This document shows, one piece after another, positions 10,611 through 20,399 of a stretch of DNA of 64,000 nucleotides. The translations under genes were made by a program, and so were the position numbers. The notes below the pieces were generated by a model. It did not search any database. It worked only from the letters and a program-made list of their open reading frames with translations, and was not told where the DNA came from. Source of the stretch: a bacterium (GTDB taxonomy: Bacteria; Zhuqueibacterota; Zhuqueibacteria; Residuimicrobiales; Krinioviventaceae); the NCBI GenBank assembly GCA_963674595.2, contig CAXXFV010000029.1, positions 160,001 to 224,000 on the forward strand, read 5' to 3'. Positions within the stretch are counted from its first letter, which is position 1, and each line of letters starts with the position of its first letter.

Positions 10611-12308
10611 GAAACAACTCATTCCCGGAAAGCAGGATTCAGATAGTTTCACGGTATTCCTTTGTGCTCTTTGTGGAAAATGATAACTCACCATATTCAA
10701 AAAACTCATACTCCCCAATACTGAAACGCGGAAACCATTGTGTACATTGTGTTAAAAAATCACAATGCCCAATTAAATCCATCCAAAAGTAAAAATCCGT
10801 GTTGATTAGTTTTAACCGCCAAGAACACAAAGAATACACAAAGGACACAAAGAATTAATAATATCTATTTCATCTCAATACTAATACCGAAACACCTCAT
10901 TCCCGGAAAGCAGGATTCCAAACAGCTTTACGATATTCCTTTGTGATCTTTGTGGAAAAGGATAACTCGCCATATTTAAAAAACTCATACTCCCCAATAC
11001 TGAAACGCGGAAACCATTGTGTCCTTTGTGTTAAAAAAAATCACAATGCCCTAATTAAATCCATCCCAAAGGAGAGCATCGTGTCGATTAGTTTTAACCG
11101 CCAAAAACACAAAGAATACACAAAGAATACAAAGAATTAATAATATCTATTTCATTTCAATTCAGACACCGAAACACCTCATTCCCGGAAAGCAGGATTC
11201 AGATAGTTTCACGGTATTCCTTTGTGATCTTTGTGGAAAATGATAATTCGCCATATTCAAAAAACTCATACCCCCCAATGCTGAAACGCGGAAACCATTG
11301 TGTACATTGTGTTAAAAAATCACAATGCCCCAATTAAATTCATCTCAATGTAAAATTCCGAGTCGATTAGTTTTAACCGCCAAAAACACAAAGAATACAA
11401 AGAATTAATAATATCTATTTCATTTCAATTCAGACACCGAAACACCTCATTCCCGGAAAGCAGGATTCAGATAGTTTCACGGTATTCCTTTGTGATCTTT
11501 GTGGAAAATGATAACTCGCCATATTCAAAAAACTCATACACCCCAATACTGAAACGCGGAAAGCATTGTGTACATTGTGTTAAAAAATCACAATGCCCTA
11601 ATTAAATCCATCCAAAAGTAAAAATCCGTGTTGATTAGTTTTAACCGCCAAGAACACAAAGGATACACAAAGGGCACAAAGAATTAATAATATCTATTTC
11701 ATCTCAACACAGACACCGAAACACCTCATTCCCGGAAAGCAGGATTCAGATAGTTTCACGGTATTCCTTTGTGATCTTTGTGGAAAATGATAACTCGCCA
11801 TATTCAAAAAACTCATACTCCCCAATACTGAAACGCGGAAACCATTGTGTACATTGTGTTAAAAAATCACAATGCCCTAATTAAATCCATCCCAAAGGAG
11901 AGCATCGTGTCGATTAGTTTTAACCGCCAAAAACACAAAGAATACACAAAGAATACAAAGAATTAATAATATCTATTTCATTTCAATTCAGACACCGAAA
12001 CACCTCATTCCCGGAAAGCAGGATTCCAAACAGCTTTACGATATTCCTTTGTGATCTTTGTGGAAAATGATAACTCGCCATATTCAAAAAACTCATATTC
12101 CCCAACACGGAAACACGGAAACCATTGTGTACATTGTGTTAAAAAATCATTATGCCCCAGTTAAATTCGTCTTAATGTAAAATTCCGAGTCTATCAATTT
12201 TAACCGCCAAGAACACAAAGGATACACAAAGGGCACAAAGAATTAATAATATCTATTTCATCTCAATACTAATACCGAAACAACTCATTCCCGGCAAGAA
12301 GGAATCCA
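10611..12308. repeat. Tandem array of six ~280-bp non-coding units plus the start of a seventh
   Basis: GAAACA(A/C)CTCATTCCCGG recurs at 10611, 10889, 11171, 11439, 11718, 11997 and 12277 (periods 278, 282, 268, 279, 279, 280). Units align along their whole length. Confidence 0.97.
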
Positions 12309-12331
12309 GCATACGATTATTCTTTTGGTTG

Positions 12332-12384
12332 AAAGGTACAGCCCTAGCGTTAACCCGTCCCGGGACAGTACCACAGGATAATCA
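12332..12384. repeat. 53-bp element, copy 1 (copy 2 at 13845-13897)
   Basis: Gapless match of 39/53 nt by hand count; central CCCGGG palindrome. Confidence 0.75.
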
Positions 12385-13449
12385 GTGATAATTAATAATC
12401 TCTCCATCCTCAGAAACACGATACGGTCGCCAATTTTCCCCACCGTAATCATAAATTCTATAGCCTAATCTTTTAAAAAGACTTTTTTCCCTTGTTGTAA
12501 AATCATACATCAAAAAACCACCAGGATTAAGCCATCCAGGTAATATTGGTGAATCATAAAAAAAGAATAATTTCTCATTTCCAAGACAACGACACCAACC
12601 TATTCTATAATCAGAAAACAACTTTGTAACCTGGTCCGTTTCTACATTATACAAAAAAACATGTTCCTGATCTTTGCTGACAACAAGCTCATGGTTCGAA
12701 TACCATGTTATCGGTGTATAGTTTTTAATAATTTTATCAATTCTGTTTGTTTTTAAATTTAATAAATATATCAAGGTACAATCTTGACTTTTGTCATAGG
12801 TTCTCACAAAATAATATTTTTTATTCTTGGTAAAATGGTAATCATATGACATTGGCAGTCCAACGATGTCATTAAACTCTTTAATCTTTGATATGTATTT
12901 TTCCTCAAGATTAAGCAGCCAAAGGACATATTTATCTTCCTCTTTAACTGATGCCTTAAACAGCAATATCACCTTTTCTTCAACATTATACATTTTCCAC
13001 AACATGTCTTTTTCCAATACATTTTCATCCTTTACAAAATTTGTGTCTTCATAACTTACAGTATATTCGACATTATAATTCATGTCATACACATTAAAAT
13101 CGTGATTATGAGTACGATGAAAATTAGTAAAATGAAAATTAGATTCAAGAATATAACAACCAATGTATAAACCATAATGCCAGCCCAGTTTAAACAGGTA
13201 TTTTTTTTCTTTCAAACTATAACCAACACAGCCGTCACTTGCAACTTCATTAAAGACCAAAGTATCTTTGTTAACTAAATATGGTGTTGACACATGGCTA
13301 TTGGCTTGGTATAAAAGGACCTCTTGTTTGGTTGAAATATCCTTACTATAAATAGCTTTATCCTTTGGATGATAATACAACAAGTATTCCTGAGCGATGA
13401 CATTTGTAGCCATACAAATAACTAATAACGTATATTGAAGAAATTTCAT
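12382..13449 (-). CDS. Hypothetical secreted protein, low GC, possibly a beta-propeller
   Basis: 355-aa ORF with an N-terminal signal peptide and repeated beta-strand patterns (LWLLNLE, IYLLNLK, FLYNVE). Confidence 0.7.
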   Translation of the reverse strand: MKFLQYTLLVICMATNVIAQEYLLYYHPKDKAIYSKDISTKQEVLLYQANSHVSTPYLVNKDTLVFNEVASDGCVGYSLKEKKYLFKLGWHYGLYIGCYILESNFHFTNFHRTHNHDFNVYDMNYNVEYTVSYEDTNFVKDENVLEKDMLWKMYNVEEKVILLFKASVKEEDKYVLWLLNLEEKYISKIKEFNDIVGLPMSYDYHFTKNKKYYFVRTYDKSQDCTLIYLLNLKTNRIDKIIKNYTPITWYSNHELVVSKDQEHVFLYNVETDQVTKLFSDYRIGWCRCLGNEKLFFFYDSPILPGWLNPGGFLMYDFTTREKSLFKRLGYRIYDYGGENWRPYRVSEDGEIINYH

Positions 13450-13580
13450 AAAGACTCCTGATAATCGCCATTATAAACTGCGTTTGACCATAGACCGATA
13501 AATAGTACATATAAAAAAGATAAATGACGCCATAGACTCCGGGACAAAACCGCCAGGAACAGACTTTTTCCCGAGTACTC

Positions 13581-13777
13581 TTCCTTTGTGATCTTTGTGA
13601 AAGACTATAATTCGCCATATTCAAAAAACTCATACACCCCAACACTGAATCGCGGAAACCATTGTGTCCTTTGTGTTAAAAAAAAACACAATGCCCTAAT
13701 TAAATCCATCCCAAAGTAAAATTCCGAGTCGATCAATTTTAACCGCCAAGAACACAAAGAATACACAAAGGACAAAG
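13581..13777. repeat. Solo partial copy of the 280-bp array unit
   Basis: TTCCTTTGTGATCTTTGTG...CGCGGAAACCATTGTG...AACCGCCAAGAACACAAAGAATACACAAAGG is colinear with the array units. A CTCTGCG-type short repeat follows at 13791-13827. Confidence 0.9.
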
Positions 13778-13844
13778 TTTTCAAGCATTCCTCTGCGAAC
13801 CTCTGCGGTCTCTGCAACTCTGCGTTTAAAAAATAATAAAATAC

Positions 13845-13897
13845 AAAGGTACAACCCTCATTTCAAGTTATCCCGGGGTAGCACTACAGGATAATCA
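13845..13897. repeat. 53-bp element, copy 2
   Basis: AAAGGTACA.CCCT...TCCCGGG..AG.AC.ACAGGATAATCA is shared with 12332-12384. Confidence 0.75.
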
Positions 13898-13947
13898 TTT
13901 TTTTAATTCTAAAGCCCAGGAGTAAAAATTTTTGGACGAATTTAATT

Positions 13948-14367
13948 TTATGGCATGTCTCTAAAAATAAGTCCCTTCATTTTAACAACTTTACCATTTT
14001 TGATATATACATTCATATGCTCAACCAAACTTTTGTAAGCCACATACTTGAATATTTCATACTCAATTCCATCTTTTTTCTTATTTTTAATCTTTTTGGG
14101 CTTTATAGGAAAATTCTCCAATTCCGATTTATCTTGCCCCAAATAAATTGACAAGTTATTTGGATTATATTTTCGGTCTCCAATTTTAGGGCGCTGTAAA
14201 AAAAGAGTATCTTTAGCAGCACTAAAATTAATACCATATAATTCATTATCATGAGTATAGCCAAAACTTCTATTGAACGTACTAGTTTCATCTATTGTTA
14301 TAGATGTGTGAAGTACTGTACAGCCACTTATTAAAAATAAACAAACTATTATTATTAATACTTTCAT
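13948..14367 (-). CDS. Hypothetical lipoprotein, low GC
   Basis: Lipobox LISGC after a hydrophobic signal. Confidence 0.7.
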   Translation of the reverse strand: MKVLIIIVCLFLISGCTVLHTSITIDETSTFNRSFGYTHDNELYGINFSAAKDTLFLQRPKIGDRKYNPNNLSIYLGQDKSELENFPIKPKKIKNKKKDGIEYEIFKYVAYKSLVEHMNVYIKNGKVVKMKGLIFRDMP

Positions 14368-14595
14368 ATTATTTATTACCTTTTATTCATCATAAAAAAA
14401 TTACCACCTTTGATCAATATTATGTCTGGAATTATATGCAAGTTGCAACCAGAGGGAACCAACTACATGGCCGGCACCATGAAATGACTGCCAAAATCCT
14501 ATATTTAATTTACCCGGTAACAATTGTGTCGGCAAAAAATGTGTCCCCCAAGAGGCATTAATAACCTGGGCCGTGGCACTTTTTAATAAAACTAT

Positions 14596-16509
14596 CTACT
14601 TTTTCATATCATAAAGCATTTGCGCGGCTTCCAGTCCGCCAAAGCGGGCCAGACCTGGGATAAAGACATTTTGCAACAAATAATCCTCTGTATTCATCTC
14701 CGCCAAGTTCACCGTACCGGCCGACTTGACTTTACGGTCGCACACATCAGCCGCCAGCAGACACCAGGCAGCCGCCTGTTTTTCGCCCAAAAGTGTTACT
14801 TGCTTATAGTCTTTGGCAAAGGTAACAGCCGCTAAAATGTCCTGAATTCGTTCCTGTACATCTGATCTGTTGAACGTGTAAAAATGTTTGATACTTTCAT
14901 CACGTCCGGTCATGCCATCCGTCAAAACATGTTCCCCGACCCGGAAAACATCAATAGCCAAAACACTCTCACCAGCATCCAGCCGCTCTTTAACAGCCGC
15001 AACAGGATTCGTTCCATCCAGGGCTTTATTTTTACCATCCGGATTCACATAAATGGTTATATTATTATTGCCGGTTTGCGGTTCAAACAAAAATGCCGGG
15101 ATCCAGTTGTTCTTATCTTTTTCAGAAATCAACAGCCGCGTCAGCAAAAACGATTCACCCGCGCTTTCACCCAACACTTTAACATCACAGGACAGATTTT
15201 CATCCGCCGCAATAATATGCTTAAAGGCCGTCCCATAAATACCACTAAATTTACCTTTATCCTTTTTCATCGTTTCAAAAGCATCTTTAGAGCGCTGTTT
15301 TAAAAACCCGGTCATGTTCTCTTCGTTCATATCACCGGGCGGCTGCGTTTCACCCGGAAAGTTGAGTAAATCTTTGCCGGCATCGACCTGAAAGGGTTGT
15401 TCCTTAAAATGATCAGCATTGTCATCATCCAGCAGCCATTTGCCGAACCAGGCGTAAACAGCTTCCCGGCTGTCTTTGTTATAATTATGGGGATAATCAT
15501 ACTGAACATATTTAACCTTGTCTTCAGCATCATACAATTTGTAAATAGAACGCATCATGGGGTATTCCACAGTCGGGGTGTTTTTGGTCCAGTCCTGGGT
15601 GGTAGACACCATCAGCAAGGGTCTCGGGGCAGCCAGCGCACCGATTTCTATATTAAAGGTGTTCAGCCGCAATCCGGACACATTTTCGCACAAACAGCCG
15701 CCCTGAAAATGAGCGGACAGCATGTTGACAGGTGCGGCGACCTGAATCCGGTTATCAACCGCCGTCAGCATAAAGGTCTGGGTACCGCCGCCGGAAGCCC
15801 CGGTGCAGCCGATGCGGGTAATGTCCACATCCGGCAGGGATGATATAAAATCTACAGCGCGAAGGCTGTTCCACAATTGCAGTCCCATAAGACTGATGCC
15901 CCATAAACGGTGCATGTCCGTATCGGCAAATTTATGGGATACCTGTTTACTGTCCTGGTAACCGACCATGTCATAGGAAAAAACAACATAGCCCTGTTTG
16001 GCAAAATTGATACATCGGCCTGGTATGGAATTTTCATCTGAATTTTCCAAACGACCTTTCCAGTGCCCGTGGGGCGTAACAATGGCCGGGAACACGGATT
16101 TATCTCCGCGCGGCCGGTATAAATTTCCGGTGACAAAAAATCCGGGATAACTCTGAAAATAGACCTTTTCTATGGTATAATCCGGGTGTTCGATTTTATC
16201 ATAAACTTGCGCCTCCAGAGGCGTTCTGTCCGGCAGGGGCCATAAACCGGTGGTGATGAAAATATGTCGTTTGAGATAATTTGCCCGCTCCTGCCAGTCA
16301 CTCAATGTTTTATATTCCGGCATGTCATAGTCCATGTCCCGGCCTTTACGGATATTCTGTAATCGTGCGTCTCTCAAGGTGGTGTCCGCATCGGTATATA
16401 CACACAATTGTTCCGTCGTCAGCTTTTCAAATTGCGCCAAGTCAATCTCCTTTTTACTGCCGCATCCAAACAGCACTACAAGCGACAACAAACCTGTCAT
16501 CCACTTCAT
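14596..16509 (-). CDS. Alpha/beta hydrolase lipoprotein (acetylxylan esterase-like)
   Basis: Lipobox LFGC, PHGH, nucleophile elbow GCTGASGGG, LAAPRPLL and HNY. Confidence 0.8.
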   Translation of the reverse strand: MKWMTGLLSLVVLFGCGSKKEIDLAQFEKLTTEQLCVYTDADTTLRDARLQNIRKGRDMDYDMPEYKTLSDWQERANYLKRHIFITTGLWPLPDRTPLEAQVYDKIEHPDYTIEKVYFQSYPGFFVTGNLYRPRGDKSVFPAIVTPHGHWKGRLENSDENSIPGRCINFAKQGYVVFSYDMVGYQDSKQVSHKFADTDMHRLWGISLMGLQLWNSLRAVDFISSLPDVDITRIGCTGASGGGTQTFMLTAVDNRIQVAAPVNMLSAHFQGGCLCENVSGLRLNTFNIEIGALAAPRPLLMVSTTQDWTKNTPTVEYPMMRSIYKLYDAEDKVKYVQYDYPHNYNKDSREAVYAWFGKWLLDDDNADHFKEQPFQVDAGKDLLNFPGETQPPGDMNEENMTGFLKQRSKDAFETMKKDKGKFSGIYGTAFKHIIAADENLSCDVKVLGESAGESFLLTRLLISEKDKNNWIPAFLFEPQTGNNNITIYVNPDGKNKALDGTNPVAAVKERLDAGESVLAIDVFRVGEHVLTDGMTGRDESIKHFYTFNRSDVQERIQDILAAVTFAKDYKQVTLLGEKQAAAWCLLAADVCDRKVKSAGTVNLAEMNTEDYLLQNVFIPGLARFGGLEAAQMLYDMKK

Positions 16510-16539
16510 TTCTCCTCCTGGTCCTTATGGAAATTTATA

Positions 16540-17871
16540 TTAAAAAATGATATTCAAAATTGCGATAACGATAATTCCTGTCACCCCCTGCACCAGCGTA
16601 GCAAGGGTATGACTTTTCAGGGCGTTTGCGGTATTTAATTTGGAAAACTGGGAAACAACCCAAAAGTAACTGTCGTTGGCATGTGAAACCGTCATGGCGC
16701 CTGCGCCGACAGCCAGAACGACCAGGGCTTTGTCGGCCATTCCAACGAATCCCATGGATGACAGTAAAGGAGCAAGCATGGCTGAGGTGGTAATAATAGC
16801 CACGGTGGATGAACCCTGTGCGGATTTGAGTGCAGCCGCGATAATAAAAGGCAAAAATATGCCCAAAGGCCATTGAGCCAAAGTTTGCCCAAGCACCGTG
16901 CCGATGTCCGAAGCTTTTAACACACTGCCGAAAGCGCCGCCGGCGCCGGTGATGAGTATAATAGAACCGGCACTTTTTAAACCGTCACTCACCCAGTTAA
17001 AAGAAACGGATTTCAATTGCTGGGGCAGTAAAAAAGCCGTCAGCACGCCAATTAATAAAGCAATAATTGGATTACCTATAAAATCAAAAAAGTTTTTAAA
17101 AAATCCCGTTCCAAAGGGTGCTGTGGGGAAATCGGCAACAGATTTTAAAGAGATTAACAAAATCGGTAAAAGTATAGGAGCAAAGGTTTTCAATGCGCCG
17201 GGTTGATAGGTATCTGCCACGGTTGAGCTGACCGGATCAGGATGTATATCGATTTTCCGGCCGATAAATTTTGCCCATAAAAGTCCGGCCAGGGCAACGG
17301 GTATGGAAACCAGCAGTCCCAATAAAATTACCAGCCCAATGTCCGCATCCAGTGCTGCGGCTGCTGCAAGGGGCCCCGGTGTGGGCGGAACAAACACATG
17401 GGTCGTGTACAAGCCGGTCCCCAGGGCAATGGTTAATATGGTTAAACTGATACCGGTGCGTCTGGCTAATGCATGGGCCAGGGACGATAAAATAACAAAT
17501 CCGGAATCACAAAAAACAGGGATGGAAACGATAAAGCCGGTAATGCTCATGGCCAGGGGCGATTTTTTCTCACCGACCATTTTCAACACCACGTCCGCCA
17601 TTTTACGGGCGCCGCCGCTTTTTTCCAGAAACGTACCGATTATAGTTCCGCAGGCAATGACAATACCGATGGACTTTAAGGTGCCGCCGAATCCGTTAAC
17701 AATCGCGTCGATAATTTCATTCAAGGGCAGGCGTGATACCAACCCCATGATAATGGCAGCAAATAAAAGTACCAGAAAAGGATGCAGGTTCACCTTTGAG
17801 GTCAGCACAATGATAAAAACCATAACAAGAACGAGAAATAAAAGACTCCACAAAACCCGGTACCTCCTCAT
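16540..17871 (-). CDS. GntP family permease
   Basis: IPVFCDSGFV, VPPTPGP, GAGGAFG, AQGSSTVA and SHANDSYFWV. Confidence 0.92.
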   Translation of the reverse strand: MRRYRVLWSLLFLVLVMVFIIVLTSKVNLHPFLVLLFAAIIMGLVSRLPLNEIIDAIVNGFGGTLKSIGIVIACGTIIGTFLEKSGGARKMADVVLKMVGEKKSPLAMSITGFIVSIPVFCDSGFVILSSLAHALARRTGISLTILTIALGTGLYTTHVFVPPTPGPLAAAAALDADIGLVILLGLLVSIPVALAGLLWAKFIGRKIDIHPDPVSSTVADTYQPGALKTFAPILLPILLISLKSVADFPTAPFGTGFFKNFFDFIGNPIIALLIGVLTAFLLPQQLKSVSFNWVSDGLKSAGSIILITGAGGAFGSVLKASDIGTVLGQTLAQWPLGIFLPFIIAAALKSAQGSSTVAIITTSAMLAPLLSSMGFVGMADKALVVLAVGAGAMTVSHANDSYFWVVSQFSKLNTANALKSHTLATLVQGVTGIIVIAILNIIF

Positions 17872-17987
17872 GTTGACAGATATTTGCTAAATTGATTTCC
17901 AGTGATAATGTCGGGAATTTTTTATATAATTAAAAATATTAGTGAGTTATTTTTTATGTTATTCGGATGGATTAATTTAAAAATATA

Positions 17988-18428
17988 TCATTTCAGGTAA
18001 TCTTTAATATCATCCTTTACCAAAAGTAATATGTTTTGAATATTATGAACCAATGGTTCAATTTTTTGTGGATACAAATCTAACGCATAATTATGCGAAA
18101 AAAAATGACGAAAAGCTAAATATTCTGCCAACTGACTTTTCGTCTCTGGCAGTATAACAGCGTTTAATTCTGCAAGATTTAACAGGTCCCTGTGCCATGA
18201 TGCCGTGTCTGGAATAGGTATCATTTTATCTTTTAAAATTTGCTTTAGTATATTTTCTATTCCATTATAAAAATTATGTAAAAGGGTGGCAACGCCTGCC
18301 AATTCAAGAGTGGATAATCGATGTAAAGGGATATCGAATGGAATTTCGCTCAAAAGGTTTTCAATGTGCTCAAGTTCGACCTCAATTTTCACTTTCAAAC
18401 TAGCCATATAATTGAAGCCCTTCGGCAA
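17988..18428 (-). CDS. HEPN-domain RNase toxin (HepT-like)
   Basis: LHNFYNGIENIL, WHRDLL and an Rx4H motif (RHFFSH); lies downstream of an MNT gene. Confidence 0.85.
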   Translation of the reverse strand: MPKGFNYMASLKVKIEVELEHIENLLSEIPFDIPLHRLSTLELAGVATLLHNFYNGIENILKQILKDKMIPIPDTASWHRDLLNLAELNAVILPETKSQLAEYLAFRHFFSHNYALDLYPQKIEPLVHNIQNILLLVKDDIKDYLK

Positions 18429-18669
18429 AAATAATGTCGTTCAGTTTTGTCCTTGCATTCAGGTCAACAACATCCACAGGCCTGGACAAATTTAAAATCA
18501 ATTCACCATAGAATTTAAAAAACTGAGACGCCTGCAAACCTTCAACGGCAATATCAATATCATTAGATTCGCCACTTTCATCAATACTGGAACCAAACAA
18601 TAATACCCGCGAAATACCGTATTTTTTCGCGATCTCGATAATTTTTGATTTGTCCTGGGTATTTATCAT
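18400..18669 (-). CDS. Minimal nucleotidyltransferase antitoxin (MntA-like)
   Basis: LFGS..., DIDIAV and VDVV motifs; 89 aa; coupled to the HEPN gene. Confidence 0.88.
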   Translation of the reverse strand: MINTQDKSKIIEIAKKYGISRVLLFGSSIDESGESNDIDIAVEGLQASQFFKFYGELILNLSRPVDVVDLNARTKLNDIIFAEGLQLYG

Positions 18670-18742
18670 AACTCACATCCGGTTTAAAAATATTGAAAAC
18701 TGGATTTATTTTATAATATATTGATTATAAAATCATTGTTCA

Positions 18743-19339
18743 TTAATAAGTAATTGGCGGAATCGGAACACCTCTTCGAAAATAGTAGGCCCGTCCGTGA
18801 TCAAAAACCAGTTGAAAAGAGACAAGCATCACATCGGCCAGCGCCTTTTTGTCCTTGTCATAGGCATCAAGCACCAAACCGACCCGGATGGTCTTTGTTT
18901 GTCCGGGTTTGATCTCCATAGCAACCGGCATGGATTTGTCCATATCTTTAATGGCGTTTTTTAAAAGCCGGGGATCACTTTGGATGTCTGAAATTTTCGC
19001 ATCAACCAGAAACCATTTTGCTGAAATCGATTGGTCAACGACCGCTTCGCCTTTAAGTGGTATGACAAACTCGGACACATCGGACAGTTGGTCAACAGAT
19101 TCCAGGGCTATTGTTGTGGCGCCGTGATTGTCAACGGCAATTTCATAAATAGCCAAAAATCCGTTCTTGCCGGATTCCTGATCAAAAAACGGGGTTAAAA
19201 GCGAGTTGCGTTCCTGCACATCAATATGTGTCAGGGCAATTTTACGGATGATGGAGGATTGGTATAGCGTATAAACAGCAACGATTAAAGCGACGAGACT
19301 AAGAAGGAGAGCGAGATGTGATTTTATTTTTTTCATCAT
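18743..19339 (-). CDS. Hypothetical membrane-anchored protein
   Basis: 198-aa ORF with an N-terminal TM helix. Confidence 0.65.
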   Translation of the reverse strand: MMKKIKSHLALLLSLVALIVAVYTLYQSSIIRKIALTHIDVQERNSLLTPFFDQESGKNGFLAIYEIAVDNHGATTIALESVDQLSDVSEFVIPLKGEAVVDQSISAKWFLVDAKISDIQSDPRLLKNAIKDMDKSMPVAMEIKPGQTKTIRVGLVLDAYDKDKKALADVMLVSFQLVFDHGRAYYFRRGVPIPPITY

Positions 19340-20276
19340 AGTTTTTCTTCTTACCTTTTATTATTCCATTATTTTCAAGAATATGACGAATTTTTGCCTG
19401 CTCATCCACATCTGCAACCGGAATGGGCTTGCTTGTCCATGGTTCGCATAAATCCAGCAAACTCATGGCATATTTAATTCCACCAAGAAAAGAGTGACAT
19501 TCATAAACCCGCCAGATTTCATTGATTTGATTTTGCAATTCATAAACATCCGGCTTTTTTTGAATAATGTGCTCATACAGTCGCACACAATGTTCCGGTA
19601 TCAGATTTGAAATGCCATCCAAACCGCCGTCTGCACCGGAGAGTATGCCGGCCGTCCACATGTGCGATTTGCCGATGAAAACCATAAAATCCGGCCGCTG
19701 TTTTTTTATCTCAATCAGGTCCAGCAAAAACACAAAATCAGCGGAACTGTCTTTAATTCCGACTATATTTTCAACCTGGGCCAGCCGCGAGACGGTATCA
19801 ACACTCAGGGGCGCCTTGGTGGTAAAGGGTATATTATATAACATTAAAGGTAAGAAAGTTTCCTGAGCAATCAAATTAAAAAATTCATACAATTCCTGCT
19901 GAGATGACGGCGGAAAATAATAGGAAGGATGAACAACAACAACATCGGCGCCGGAATTTTCAACCCATTTTAACTGCTCACGTACCCGTTTTAAACTGGT
20001 TTCACTGATACCGGCATAAACAGGAATTTTGCCGCCAACCACCTCAATTGTAATTTGCAGTACCTGTTTTTTTTCATCATCCGTCAGACAAACCCCTTCC
20101 CCTGTTGTGCTGTTTACAAAAACACCGTTTACTTTTGCCTTTAACAAATGCTGCAATATTTTTACAAGCGACTTTTCGTCAATTTTCTCAGATGATGTTA
20201 AAGGTGTAACAACCGGAACAACAATTCCCCGAAACGACTGCCGTCTTTTTCTCAAACTCAACCTCCATAAAAACAT
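19299..20276 (-). CDS. Dihydrodipicolinate synthase family lyase
   Basis: VPVVTP, STTGE, LYNIP and GIKDSS (Schiff-base Lys). Confidence 0.9.
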   Translation of the reverse strand: MFLWRLSLRKRRQSFRGIVVPVVTPLTSSEKIDEKSLVKILQHLLKAKVNGVFVNSTTGEGVCLTDDEKKQVLQITIEVVGGKIPVYAGISETSLKRVREQLKWVENSGADVVVVHPSYYFPPSSQQELYEFFNLIAQETFLPLMLYNIPFTTKAPLSVDTVSRLAQVENIVGIKDSSADFVFLLDLIEIKKQRPDFMVFIGKSHMWTAGILSGADGGLDGISNLIPEHCVRLYEHIIQKKPDVYELQNQINEIWRVYECHSFLGGIKYAMSLLDLCEPWTSKPIPVADVDEQAKIRHILENNGIIKGKKKNYDEKNKITSRSPS

Positions 20277-20399
20277 CTATGAAAACGATTGCATAAAATT
20301 TCAAAAAAAACTCAAACCTCACGAATAAATAGTTAAACCCCTCATGTATAAATTTAAAAACCGGGCATGTTAAAATCAATTCTTAACACGCCATAGCTT

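Noticed and set aside
10611-12308. CRISPR array interpretation of the tandem repeat
   Set aside because: The period is ~280 bp, units are similar along their full length, there are no unique spacers, and no cas genes are in the window
12332-12384. The 53-bp element as a coding remnant (YPVVL.RD.L..GLYL on the minus strand, with several synonymous-looking differences)
   Set aside because: One copy has an in-frame stop and neither has a start. Transitions in a palindromic element explain the pattern equally well.
10639-13817. Short ORFs in the repeat units (10639-10848, 10943-11140, 13358-13645, 13605-13817)
   Set aside because: Indels between units break the frames and there is no RBS; these are by-products of the repeat
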